A DNA stretch of 40,000 nt from Streptococcus thalassemiae (GCF_903645285.1 NZ_CAHJXN010000001.1:1-40000), one strand, 5' to 3'. Shown: positions 7,906 to 15,556, counted from the first letter of the stretch. Notes: a model not told the origin generated them from the letters alone. Numbers and translations: made by a program.

Positions 7906-8316
7906 ATGAGTGGTACAAGCGAGTTTAAAACAAAAACTACAGACAAAGTCACAGAATTGCGTTCCCAAAATTATGCTAATGGTGATATAATGAAAGCAAA
8001 GATTCAGGAGGAACAAAGTATGGAACGTGAAATGTATACTAAAACAGAAATTGATTTAAAACTTGATAAAATCAATTCTGATGTCAAACATGGTTTTGAA
8101 AAAGTTGATTTAAAATTCGACCAAGTCAGAACTGAAATGCGTGATGGTTTTGAAAATATGGGACTTCGAATGGAAAAAATGTTCTCTGATTTCAAACTGG
8201 AGCAACAAAAAGAGAAAGAAGAAAACAAAAAATGGTTAATCGCATTAACCGTCGGATCTCTTCTTTCAATTATCGGGATTGTCGTTTCAATTATCGCCAT
8301 CCTAGCCCAAAAATAA
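7906..8316 (+). CDS. Hypothetical tail-anchored coiled-coil membrane protein (136 aa), XhlA-like architecture
   Basis: Internal repeat DVKHGFEKVDLKFDQV / EMRDGFENMGLRMEKM, followed by KKW and a C-terminal TM helix LIALTVGSLLSIIGIVVSIIAIL. Confidence 0.65.
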   Translation: MSGTSEFKTKTTDKVTELRSQNYANGDIMKAKIQEEQSMEREMYTKTEIDLKLDKINSDVKHGFEKVDLKFDQVRTEMRDGFENMGLRMEKMFSDFKLEQQKEKEENKKWLIALTVGSLLSIIGIVVSIIAILAQK

Positions 8317-8455
8317 AAACCACACTCTCTTTGAACATTACATATCGTTGGAATCGATTTAATTTTATGGTGTAGATAAAATTAATAGTAAAAATCAACT
8401 GTTTCCTTTTTGGAAATAGTTGGCATATAAAAAACGGAAATAAAGGAGAATACCA

Positions 8456-8902
8456 ATGAAAAAACTACTAACAACATCAGCAATCTTGCTTAGTGCTACA
8501 GTTCTAGTAGCATGTTCAAACAACCAATCGACTACCAAAGATAGCGCAGAACAACCAAAAACAAAGCAAACTAAAGCAAATGACAAACCTGCTTCTAAAA
8601 AGGCTACTAGCTTAGACGATTTTAAAAAAGCACTAGAAAGCAATGGCTTCACTATCAAAGAAGAAATCTCAAAAGAAGCTAGTCTTATTCAAGCCGAATC
8701 AGGGAAAGGGTTCATTTTAGAAGATGATACTGCTGTAGAAGTTTACGAATACTACGAGAAAAACCCAATGTTTAAAGAAGCTAAAAAAGAAAAAGAGTTA
8801 ATCGGACACCCTGCTTATATCTACGGAAATTATGTTGTTTTAGTGCTTAATGCTACAGACTCAAAAGATAAGATTTTAGAGAGTTTCAAAGGATTTGAGT
8901 AG
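8456..8902 (+). CDS. Lipoprotein (148 aa)
   Basis: Signal peptide with the lipobox LVAC (MKKLLTTSAILLSATVLVACSNN). AAAGGAG RBS. Confidence 0.85.
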   Translation: MKKLLTTSAILLSATVLVACSNNQSTTKDSAEQPKTKQTKANDKPASKKATSLDDFKKALESNGFTIKEEISKEASLIQAESGKGFILEDDTAVEVYEYYEKNPMFKEAKKEKELIGHPAYIYGNYVVLVLNATDSKDKILESFKGFE

Positions 8903-8906
8903 ATCG

Positions 8907-8935
8907 TTGACAGTATTTATAAATTGAACTATAAT
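8907..8935 (+). promoter_or_regulatory. Consensus sigma-70-type promoter: TTGACA, 17 nt, TATAAT
   Basis: TTGACAgtatttataaattgaacTATAAT starts 5 nt after the lipoprotein stop. It faces the int leader. Confidence 0.6.
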
Positions 8936-8990
8936 TAAGTTACTTAGAGGTTTACCCTCATAATTTTAGACTTTGCACCTTAGCGTGCCA

Positions 8991-9022
8991 GGGGAAGTAA
9001 CTTAACTGTTGCTTCCCTTTTT
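8991..9022 (+). terminator. Intrinsic terminator (GGGGAAG ... CTTCCC followed by TTTTT)
   Basis: 6-7 bp GC-rich stem, 14-nt loop, T-run. Lies about 50-80 nt downstream of the promoter at 8907-8935. Confidence 0.6.
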
Positions 9023-9149
9023 AAAAACTAAAAAATCCCCACGCTCGCAAAGTTTGGCGACTCTGAGCGTGAGGATATCCTGTATAGTAAAAGGCATTAA
9101 AAAGCCTGTTTTACTATGCCTATTTTATCAAGAAATGAGGTGAAAATCA

Positions 9150-10295
9150 ATGTGGATGGAAGAACTTTCCAACGGAAAATATAAATTCTTTGAACGATAC
9201 AGAGACCCGTATACCGAGAAATGGAAAAGGGTATCTGTCACTCTTGATTCGGGTTCAGCAAGAGCTAAGAAAGAAGCTCAGAAACAACTGGACGAAAAGA
9301 TAGAATCCTTACTGCAAAAATTGACTACTGCTTCTGCTCTCTTTCACACAGTCTTTGACGAATGGTGGGAATTTCACCAGAAGCAAATTAAATTGAGTAC
9401 GTATAAGACTATGTTAGCTACCTACAACCGAATATCCGATAAAGTTGAACTAGGTACTAAATTGGAAAATATGGATGTACGGCTGGTTCAAAGATTGATT
9501 GATACTGAAGAATGGACATATACCCAAAAATATCGTGTCAAATCAATTCTAAACGTCTTCTTTGATTATGCTATCGACCAAGGTTTTATTGAGAATAATC
9601 CTGCTAGGAAAGCCAAACTTCCGAGAAAAAAACAAAGCTTGGAGCAGATTAAAAATGCAAAGGATAAATATCTAGAACCAAAAGAATACAAGGCTATTTT
9701 AAAAGAACTCTATCGAAAAGATATTACATTACGATACGCCTTGGCATGTGAGTTTATGATCCTGAACGGTTGTCGTGTCGGTGAGTTAGCTGGTCTTACA
9801 CTAGACAAATATCACAAAGATAGTAAGACATTAGATATTCATACTACATTTAATCGATACATTCCAGACGATGATGGAACTAAGACTTTTGCCAGCTTCA
9901 GGACGACACACCTCACAAAAAGAGAGATTGAAATACTTGATAAAATGATTGAATTAAATCGTCTAAGCGAAACAACCGATAAGAATTGGCATAAAAGCGA
10001 CCGCATCTTTGTTACAAATACGGGAAAGCCCGTTCATAGCTCTATCCTAAGCAAGTCTCTCCAGCGAGCAAATGAACGCCTAAAGAAACCAATTCCCAAA
10101 CATCTATCCCCTCACATCTTCAGACATACAACTATTAGCATTTTAGCTGAGAATAAAATTCCGCTAAAAACAATCATGGATAGGGTTGGACATTCTGATT
10201 CTGATGTTACTAATTCCATCTATACTCACGTCACGAAGAACATGAAAGATGAAGCAATCAATGTACTGGATAAAGTTATGAAAAAGATTTTTTAA
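9150..10295 (+). CDS. int: Tyrosine recombinase (phage integrase)
   Basis: C-terminal catalytic motifs ...NGCRVGEL..., HIFRHTTISILAE, GHSDSDVTNSIYTHV (R..HxxR..Y). N-terminal arm-binding-like MEELSNGKYKFFERYRD. Confidence 0.95.
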   Translation: MWMEELSNGKYKFFERYRDPYTEKWKRVSVTLDSGSARAKKEAQKQLDEKIESLLQKLTTASALFHTVFDEWWEFHQKQIKLSTYKTMLATYNRISDKVELGTKLENMDVRLVQRLIDTEEWTYTQKYRVKSILNVFFDYAIDQGFIENNPARKAKLPRKKQSLEQIKNAKDKYLEPKEYKAILKELYRKDITLRYALACEFMILNGCRVGELAGLTLDKYHKDSKTLDIHTTFNRYIPDDDGTKTFASFRTTHLTKREIEILDKMIELNRLSETTDKNWHKSDRIFVTNTGKPVHSSILSKSLQRANERLKKPIPKHLSPHIFRHTTISILAENKIPLKTIMDRVGHSDSDVTNSIYTHVTKNMKDEAINVLDKVMKKIF

Positions 10296-10303
10296 AAAGT
10301 TTT

Positions 10304-10321
10304 GCCCCTTTTTTGCCCCCT
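10304..10321. repeat. 18-bp direct repeat GCCCCTTTTTTGCCCCCT, copy 1
   Basis: Exact second copy at 10540-10557. Both copies are preceded by AAAAGTTT. Confidence 0.9.
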
Positions 10322-10332
10322 AAATACAAAAA

Positions 10333-10359
10333 TAGCCCTTCGGATAAAATCCGAGGGGC
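10333..10359. terminator. Hairpin terminator (AGCCCTTCGGA taaaa TCCGAGGGGCT), T-run on the minus-strand side
   Basis: 11-bp stem. The minus-strand RNA continues TATTTTTGTATTT. It could also stop int transcripts. Confidence 0.55.
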
Positions 10360-10539
10360 TAGAAACGTTGTTAAATCAACGATTATTTTTTCAAGTTGTA
10401 GAATGATTTCAATCCACGGTATTCTATTTTAGAGCTTTTATATAAAACTACATGAGTGCAAACCCTTGTAAAATAAGGGTTTATACGTCATAAACTACAT
10501 ATATTTTTTACCGTAAAAATACAAAAGTTTACACCTTAT

Positions 10540-10557
10540 GCCCCTTTTTTGCCCCCT
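10540..10557. repeat. 18-bp direct repeat GCCCCTTTTTTGCCCCCT, copy 2
   Basis: Identical to 10304-10321; the copies are 236 bp apart. Confidence 0.9.
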
Positions 10558-10844
10558 GTTTTTATTATTGACAAAACACCGTTTTTGACAATAATACACC
10601 ACGATTTTCTATTCCTATTCTTCAAGAAAACGCTTTTTTGAACAATAGGATTGTAATTTTGCTTTCTAATCGTTCAAAATGCGCGTTTTTGCAAAATAGA
10701 AATACAAACTCTAATTTTGTTAACGTCAACAAAATTGGCAACCAAGCACTTTATAATACTATTTGTTGATGTCAACAAGTCAATTTCAGAGCAAACAAAA
10801 AAACGCAAGCCTGAGCCTGCGGTGGGGATAATCTTTTTTGAAAT

Positions 10845-10880
10845 TTTAAATAAAAAAAGGAGCATTTAAGCCCCTCCTTT
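10845..10880 (-). terminator. Intrinsic terminator ending the lysis and moron transcript
   Basis: Minus strand reads AAAGGAG gggcttaaatg CTCCTTT followed by TTTTTATTT. Confidence 0.55.
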
Positions 10881-10991
10881 GAAATAACGGACACTTGGCT
10901 GGTCGGTGTACCCAGCATCTCAGATACCTTTTCCAAGGTGCGGCAGGAACCTTTCTGCCCTCAAATGTCTTTCGTTAATGTTATTCTAGCA

Positions 10992-11372
10992 CTATCTGCT
11001 TTTTTTGTCAAGTTTTCTCAATCTACCAGACTTAATACGATTTTGTAATTTGAAATCTTGTAAGCGATACATGGTCGGAACATAAAAGAAATCGCCACTT
11101 TTATGTAACTTGATGGCAACGAGAACATTATCATCAAATCTTTTTACATATTCAAAACTAGCGTCTTTCTCTCGCGGATTGACTCCAACAAAATCTGGAT
11201 TTCTTAGTATGAGTTCCAAGTCTTCAATATGATGGATCACATCATTATGATGGCGTTTCAACATATGGCTTCTCAAGCCTTCTTTGTTGACCTTGATTTC
11301 ACTTGCTTCAAGAACAATATTAAAAATTTCTTTTACTTCATCGGTAACCTGACCGATTTTTTCGTGATTCAT
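10992..11372 (-). CDS. Moron-position protein (126 aa), putative BECR-fold (PBECR-like) RNase or toxin-like protein
   Basis: His/Lys cluster SHMLKRHHNDVIHHIEDLELILRNPDFVG, then a beta-rich core and basic tail. This pattern resembles phage Barnase-EndoU-ColicinE5/D-RelE-like domains as I recall them. It is the last gene before attP and has its own promoter. Confidence 0.35.
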   Translation of the reverse strand: MNHEKIGQVTDEVKEIFNIVLEASEIKVNKEGLRSHMLKRHHNDVIHHIEDLELILRNPDFVGVNPREKDASFEYVKRFDDNVLVAIKLHKSGDFFYVPTMYRLQDFKLQNRIKSGRLRKLDKKSR

Positions 11373-11396
11373 AAATTCCTCCGTTATTTCATAACC

Positions 11397-11405
11397 ATTA
11401 TATCA
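11397..11405 (-). promoter_or_regulatory. Extended -10 promoter TGaTATAAT for the moron gene
   Basis: Minus strand reads aaaTGTGATATAATgg, just downstream of the lysin stop codon on the transcribed strand and 25 nt upstream of the 11372 start. Confidence 0.5.
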
Positions 11406-11409
11406 CATT

Positions 11410-12366
11410 TTATTTAGTCGTAATCAAGCCGTCTGGCTCGACTGCGAACTCTGGTTTATCTGCCAATGTTCCGTTTGGTTTGAGGTAGTACCAGCCTGTT
11501 CCGTCTGCGGACTGGACGAAGGCGTTTGATACCATGGCACCTTCTTTACCGTCAAGATAATACCAAGTCTCCTTGTACTTGACCCATCCTGTCTTCATAG
11601 CGCCCTCTACGTCGAAATAATACCACTTCTCAGCGATTTTCTTCCAGCCTGTAGCCATTTCACCTGACTGGTCAAACCAGTACCAATTACCGTCAGTGTG
11701 CTGCTTCCAGCGGTCCGCAAGCATGTAGCCTGAGCCGTCGAAGTAATACCAGGTTCCGTTGACCTTCTCAAACTTATCTTTTGGATAAGAGCCGTCTGAG
11801 TGTACGTACCAGTAGCCTGTATCGTTCTTCTGCCAGCCTGCTTCAATTGTCAAGCCGTTTTCAATATCCTGCTTGAACTGTTCGCGGCTAATGCCCCATT
11901 TGGCTAGATATGGATAAGGGTCAATGTGGTCTGAATGGTTGTCGGGCTGGTTATTAGTACAGTATTCATGCGTTTTAATACCCGCCAAGTCGTCTGTATC
12001 AAGTGTTTTCGGCAAGCCTGCTTCATCTGCTAGGTTTCGTAGCAATTCAATATAAAGGCGATAGTCTGTCATGAACTCTTCTTTAGTTGAATGACTTTCA
12101 ATCAGCTCAACTGCTGCATAGCTTTCTGCATTCCAACCACCACCAACGTCCCAAAATCCGTTATTTACAGGTCCGACCTGCATGACACGTCCGTTTCCGA
12201 CCACATGAGAAAAGAACCCAAGTTCAGGGTCCTTTCTATAGTGGTAGTCTGCCTCATTCTGAGCTGTTGAGTTGCGGTTGCCTGTTGAGTGAGCATGTAC
12301 TTGTCGATAAGGCTGCACCCCAACCTGGGGCAAGCCTGTACGTAGTCTGCTTGTATCGATATCCAT
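11410..12366 (-). CDS. LytA-type endolysin: N-acetylmuramoyl-L-alanine amidase with choline-binding repeats
   Basis: From ATG 12366 the protein ([30 protein letters not shown]...) runs nearly colinear with pneumococcal LytA as I recall it. The C-terminus carries GWxK..xWYYF choline-binding repeats and ends PDGLITTK. Confidence 0.95.
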   Translation of the reverse strand: MDIDTSRLRTGLPQVGVQPYRQVHAHSTGNRNSTAQNEADYHYRKDPELGFFSHVVGNGRVMQVGPVNNGFWDVGGGWNAESYAAVELIESHSTKEEFMTDYRLYIELLRNLADEAGLPKTLDTDDLAGIKTHEYCTNNQPDNHSDHIDPYPYLAKWGISREQFKQDIENGLTIEAGWQKNDTGYWYVHSDGSYPKDKFEKVNGTWYYFDGSGYMLADRWKQHTDGNWYWFDQSGEMATGWKKIAEKWYYFDVEGAMKTGWVKYKETWYYLDGKEGAMVSNAFVQSADGTGWYYLKPNGTLADKPEFAVEPDGLITTK

Positions 12367-12701
12367 TACTCTTGTCCTTTCCAAGCGTCATTCATCTGTT
12401 TCACTGCTGACTCTACGAAGGTGTCCAAGTCCTTGTCGGTCATACTGATATTATATTTGGTCAGCTCAGCTCTAACTTTATCACGAGCTTGCTCTAGCTT
12501 CTCATCACCTTTAAAACCAGTCTCTTTAGCTACCTGCTCAACGGCATTAACTGCGTTCTTGGCTAGTATTTCAGCGATAATCACCGCTTTCTCTCCGCCT
12601 TTTCGCAAAAGATAATCTTTTACTGCTTTTACAATACCGCCTACTGCTACTGCTAAAAAGCCTGTCGCAAAAGCGATAATAAATTCATTAAATTGTGTCA
12701 T
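12366..12701 (-). CDS. Holin (LL-H / holin superfamily 6-like)
   Basis: N-terminal TM helix ([18 protein letters not shown]) and a long charged helical tail. TAATG overlap with the lysin start. Confidence 0.75.
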   Translation of the reverse strand: MTQFNEFIIAFATGFLAVAVGGIVKAVKDYLLRKGGEKAVIIAEILAKNAVNAVEQVAKETGFKGDEKLEQARDKVRAELTKYNISMTDKDLDTFVESAVKQMNDAWKGQE

Positions 12702-12705
12702 GTGT

Positions 12706-13470
12706 TTATCCTCCTATTGTTGGTAATGTTGTAGGCCACTCATCTTCTGTTAAATAAGAGAATGGGTTGACGTGATTTTCTGCTACACCTAATGTACTAG
12801 TTACAATTTGTAATTTCAATCTAGTTTTATCATGACGGTAATATTCATACTGAATAATCACAGCCCCTGTTCCTTGCGCACCTTCTGAATTTTCCGCACT
12901 AGCAGTATTAGAATAAATATCGCTAGAAGTACCATATATAGTCTGAACTACATCATCAACAGGTTTAAAACCATCAATAGATAAATTATCATCTGACTCA
13001 TAACCGCCAAGATCTAATATTAAATTAGCGCTAGGACTAATAGTGCTTTTGTTAATTTTAGGTTCAAATTTCACATGTACAACATCATTTATACGTCTGA
13101 AATACATTCGGTTTATGACATCTTTATTCGTATCATCCTGCCAACCTAACACCCAACCAGTGTCACCTTCAACAACTTTCCAGCCTTGATTTCCACCATC
13201 AGTAGTCTTAATCCATTTTAAAGCGCCGTTAGTTTTGGCTGTGTCGATGTAAGTCGCTCCTATTTCTGCACTTATACGCCCTTCTGGCGAGCCAGTGCCA
13301 CGGATTTCTTGACCTACATTGTCTGGTAATGGTAGGGTGACATGATTGCCCCCAACAATTCCAAGAGTAATTCCTGTCAGTGTCAGCATTGGCTCAGGCT
13401 TTTGGTTCAGCGCCTTGACGTCACGCCCAACTGTTTGGGCAAATTCCTCTAAATTACTCATAGCACTCAC
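12706..13470 (-). CDS. Tail fibre or receptor-binding-like protein (254 aa)
   Basis: Position in the distal tail cluster. The motif ATYIDTAKTNGALKWIKTTDGGNQGWKV resembles fibre tip domains. Confidence 0.5.
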   Translation of the reverse strand: MSAMSNLEEFAQTVGRDVKALNQKPEPMLTLTGITLGIVGGNHVTLPLPDNVGQEIRGTGSPEGRISAEIGATYIDTAKTNGALKWIKTTDGGNQGWKVVEGDTGWVLGWQDDTNKDVINRMYFRRINDVVHVKFEPKINKSTISPSANLILDLGGYESDDNLSIDGFKPVDDVVQTIYGTSSDIYSNTASAENSEGAQGTGAVIIQYEYYRHDKTRLKLQIVTSTLGVAENHVNPFSYLTEDEWPTTLPTIGG

Positions 13471-13799
13471 GCTTTCGCTGCGTTATAGGTTGCGACCAAG
13501 TCAACATTGGCAATCTGGTCTACACGTCCGCTGACTTCAGTTACTTTGCCAAGAAGTGCGCTATTTTCATCTTGTCCCATGCTCGTGATTTTTTCCGCGA
13601 TTTCTTTCAAGGTATCAAGGTTCTCAGGCGTTCCTTCACCCAAGATTTCAGCCTTAACTTCGGATTTAGCTTGAGTAACTGCCTGTGAAATAGCTTGCGT
13701 CATTGCTGAAGTTTCTACTTTAGTGCTGACACTTTGCTTCACTTCCTTGATATCTGCTCCGACCGCTTGTGCGAATGCTGTTAATTTTGTAGTATCCAT
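13467..13799 (-). CDS. Tail-fibre-associated coiled-coil protein (110 aa)
   Basis: Ala/Gln-rich helical protein with the LDTLKEIAEKI motif common in phage fibre proteins. ATGA-type overlap with the next gene. Confidence 0.45.
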   Translation of the reverse strand: MDTTKLTAFAQAVGADIKEVKQSVSTKVETSAMTQAISQAVTQAKSEVKAEILGEGTPENLDTLKEIAEKITSMGQDENSALLGKVTEVSGRVDQIANVDLVATYNAAKA

Positions 13800-13803
13800 T
13801 GTT

Positions 13804-14289
13804 TTACACCTTTCCTAAATTGTAGTAAAAAAGCAAGTCAGGGATTTCCTGACATGCTCCACCTTCACTTGCAGGTCTTTCTGCAAGTTGTTTTTTTACT
13901 TCTTCTGCTATATCTAATTCCTTTAATTTATAGATATCTTCAGTAACCAATTCCTTGTCTGAGTCTTCAATTTCAATATAAGTATCTCTATCGCTTGGGA
14001 AGATATATCCTCCGACCGAAATTTCTACTCGGTATTTTCCGCTTGGTAGAATACTGTCTAAATTGAAATTGACAGAATGGCTAGTGACGGGAGCAGTTGT
14101 CTTCCACCTACGTGGTCCCTTTGTTAGAGTAACAACCGCATCTTGACCCTCAAATAAGGTCATAACACGGTAATTTTCATCTAACAATTCGAATCCAAAA
14201 GTAGAAGACAAATCTCCTTGCTTAACAAGGTCGCCACCATCAATTCGAGCCAAATTGGTTGTATTCACTCTGTGGTTTTTACAACCCAT
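13804..14289 (-). CDS. Hypothetical structural protein (161 aa)
   Basis: AAGAGG RBS. Beta-rich. Lies in the distal tail cluster. Confidence 0.5.
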   Translation of the reverse strand: MGCKNHRVNTTNLARIDGGDLVKQGDLSSTFGFELLDENYRVMTLFEGQDAVVTLTKGPRRWKTTAPVTSHSVNFNLDSILPSGKYRVEISVGGYIFPSDRDTYIEIEDSDKELVTEDIYKLKELDIAEEVKKQLAERPASEGGACQEIPDLLFYYNLGKV

Positions 14290-14306
14290 TCTGAACCTCT
14301 TTCTAT

Positions 14307-14750
14307 CTAATCATCTATTAAGATGCCTTCTTTGATATCCAATTTTTCAAAATCGCTAAATAAACGATCTATGTAGCCATTACCTCCTAGAGTTTTGTAG
14401 CTTTTATGCATACTTTCTACTAGGGAGAATTCATCTCTAGAAGTATATCCTCTGTTAATAGCCTGTCGCATATCACGGCCGAGGCGCAACTTCATAGTAT
14501 TTAGATGCGCCTCGTCGTGCACTTTTAGCTTTTCCTGTACTTCATCGATTTTGGAATTGCTATCTTTAGCGGTAGTCTGGACATCTTCAATCTGTTTCTT
14601 GACATCGGTTAGTTCCGAGACAATTTTATCTGTTTCTTCCTTGGCTTTTTTCGGCAACCGATAGCTTATCCAAGCAATGATTGTTGGAGTTAGCACTGGC
14701 ATTACGTTAGTGAAAAAGTGTTCTATTTTCTCAAAGACATCCATAAACAC
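14307..14750 (-). CDS. Hypothetical N-terminally membrane-anchored coiled-coil protein (147 aa)
   Basis: TM helix VMPVLTPTIIAWISY followed by a charged coiled coil. Function unknown. Confidence 0.5.
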   Translation of the reverse strand: MFMDVFEKIEHFFTNVMPVLTPTIIAWISYRLPKKAKEETDKIVSELTDVKKQIEDVQTTAKDSNSKIDEVQEKLKVHDEAHLNTMKLRLGRDMRQAINRGYTSRDEFSLVESMHKSYKTLGGNGYIDRLFSDFEKLDIKEGILIDD

Positions 14751-14754
14751 CTCT

Positions 14755-14907
14755 CTAGTTCGCCAAATGGCTCAACCCAAGGCGTTCCAATTCTTTACGC
14801 ACACGGTCTCGGAAGCGTTTGTTGACAAATGAAAAGTCAATCGCTCCACGTTTCAGCAGGTTAATGTACATGTCAATTTTAGCTTGGTCTAATGTAATTT
14901 TACTCAT
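14755..14907 (-). CDS. Small protein (50 aa) in the XkdX position
   Basis: Start moved to ATG 14907 (GGAGG RBS). The family call rests on size and position only. Confidence 0.4.
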   Translation of the reverse strand: MSKITLDQAKIDMYINLLKRGAIDFSFVNKRFRDRVRKELERLGLSHLAN

Positions 14908-15550
14908 TGTTGCTACCTCCATTGTCTTCACTAGTGCTCGCTTCGCTTGTCGGTGTAGGAATTTCATGTTCTGTCTCGCTTTCTGTTGGTTGTTCTACTG
15001 CTGGTGCAGGTTGGATAGGCGCTTCTGCCACTGGTTGCGCTGGAGCTGGTGCTGGTTCAGATACGACCACGTTCGGTACTCCGTTTGTGGCTACTTCTGT
15101 GGCTGGTTGGGGTTCTGGTTGAACCGGTGGAGTTACTGGAGCCGGTTCAGTAGGGTGTGTTTCTGCCTCAGAAACGTGAGGCCCCTCTGCTTCGTCCTCA
15201 TGCTCGTGTTCAATGCCATTGTGTTTTTCAAGCACTTCCAAGCGTGCAAAGATTTCCTCGATATCGTCAGTATTGTGTAAGCTGACCTTCTGCATGCCAT
15301 CCATGAGTTGGTTGGCTCTCTCCAGCGCTTCCGTCGTCTTAGCCAGTTGTTCTTGGTTTTTGACGATTGCGCTTGTAGGGTCAAGTTCGGTACGTAGAAT
15401 CTCTTTGACTGCTTCAATGAGCGTTTCGTCCGTGTCACCCAAACGGTCACCCTCTAACTCACGAGTGAAAAAAGTAAACGGCTTGTCACATTGAATAGAG
15501 ACTTCCGTCTTGCCAACTCTAAAAAATTTATTTACTAATACAAATTCCAT
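14900..15550 (-). CDS. Hypothetical tail-cluster protein with a Pro/Ala/Glu-rich C-terminal low-complexity region
   Basis: 216 aa. C-terminal PTEPAPVTPPVQPEPQPA...EPAPAPAQPVAEAPIQPAPAVEQP. Confidence 0.55.
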   Translation of the reverse strand: MEFVLVNKFFRVGKTEVSIQCDKPFTFFTRELEGDRLGDTDETLIEAVKEILRTELDPTSAIVKNQEQLAKTTEALERANQLMDGMQKVSLHNTDDIEEIFARLEVLEKHNGIEHEHEDEAEGPHVSEAETHPTEPAPVTPPVQPEPQPATEVATNGVPNVVVSEPAPAPAQPVAEAPIQPAPAVEQPTESETEHEIPTPTSEASTSEDNGGSNNE

Positions 15551-15556
15551 GTTTAA

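Larger units (their letters stand above)
10296..10620. other. attP-like region (core not identifiable from sequence alone)
   Basis: ORF-free DNA directly 3' of int, dense in direct and inverted repeats. See the repeat features and the attP finding. Confidence 0.55.

Noticed and set aside
10674-10865. 63-aa minus-strand ORF in the attP-proximal gap
   Set aside because: It starts within the terminator hairpin of the upstream transcript, has no SD, and has hydrophobic low-complexity composition in a repeat-rich noncoding region.
10965-11048. Plus-strand 27-aa hydrophobic peptide (MSFVNVILALSAFFVKF...) antisense to the moron 3' end; considered as a type I toxin
   Set aside because: There is no Shine-Dalgarno sequence or promoter upstream. 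The hydrophobicity is explained by the T-rich antisense of a Lys/Arg-rich coding tail.
14819-15280. Plus-strand ORFs antisense to structural genes. Examples: 14819-15280, 14907-15122, 23157-23633, 22920-23147, 19321-19626, 2250-2669, 1125-1809, 37252-37569.
   Set aside because: All lie opposite longer minus-strand ORFs with clear motifs or synteny. They lack an RBS and have Cys/Phe/Leu/Ser-rich composition typical of antisense frames.
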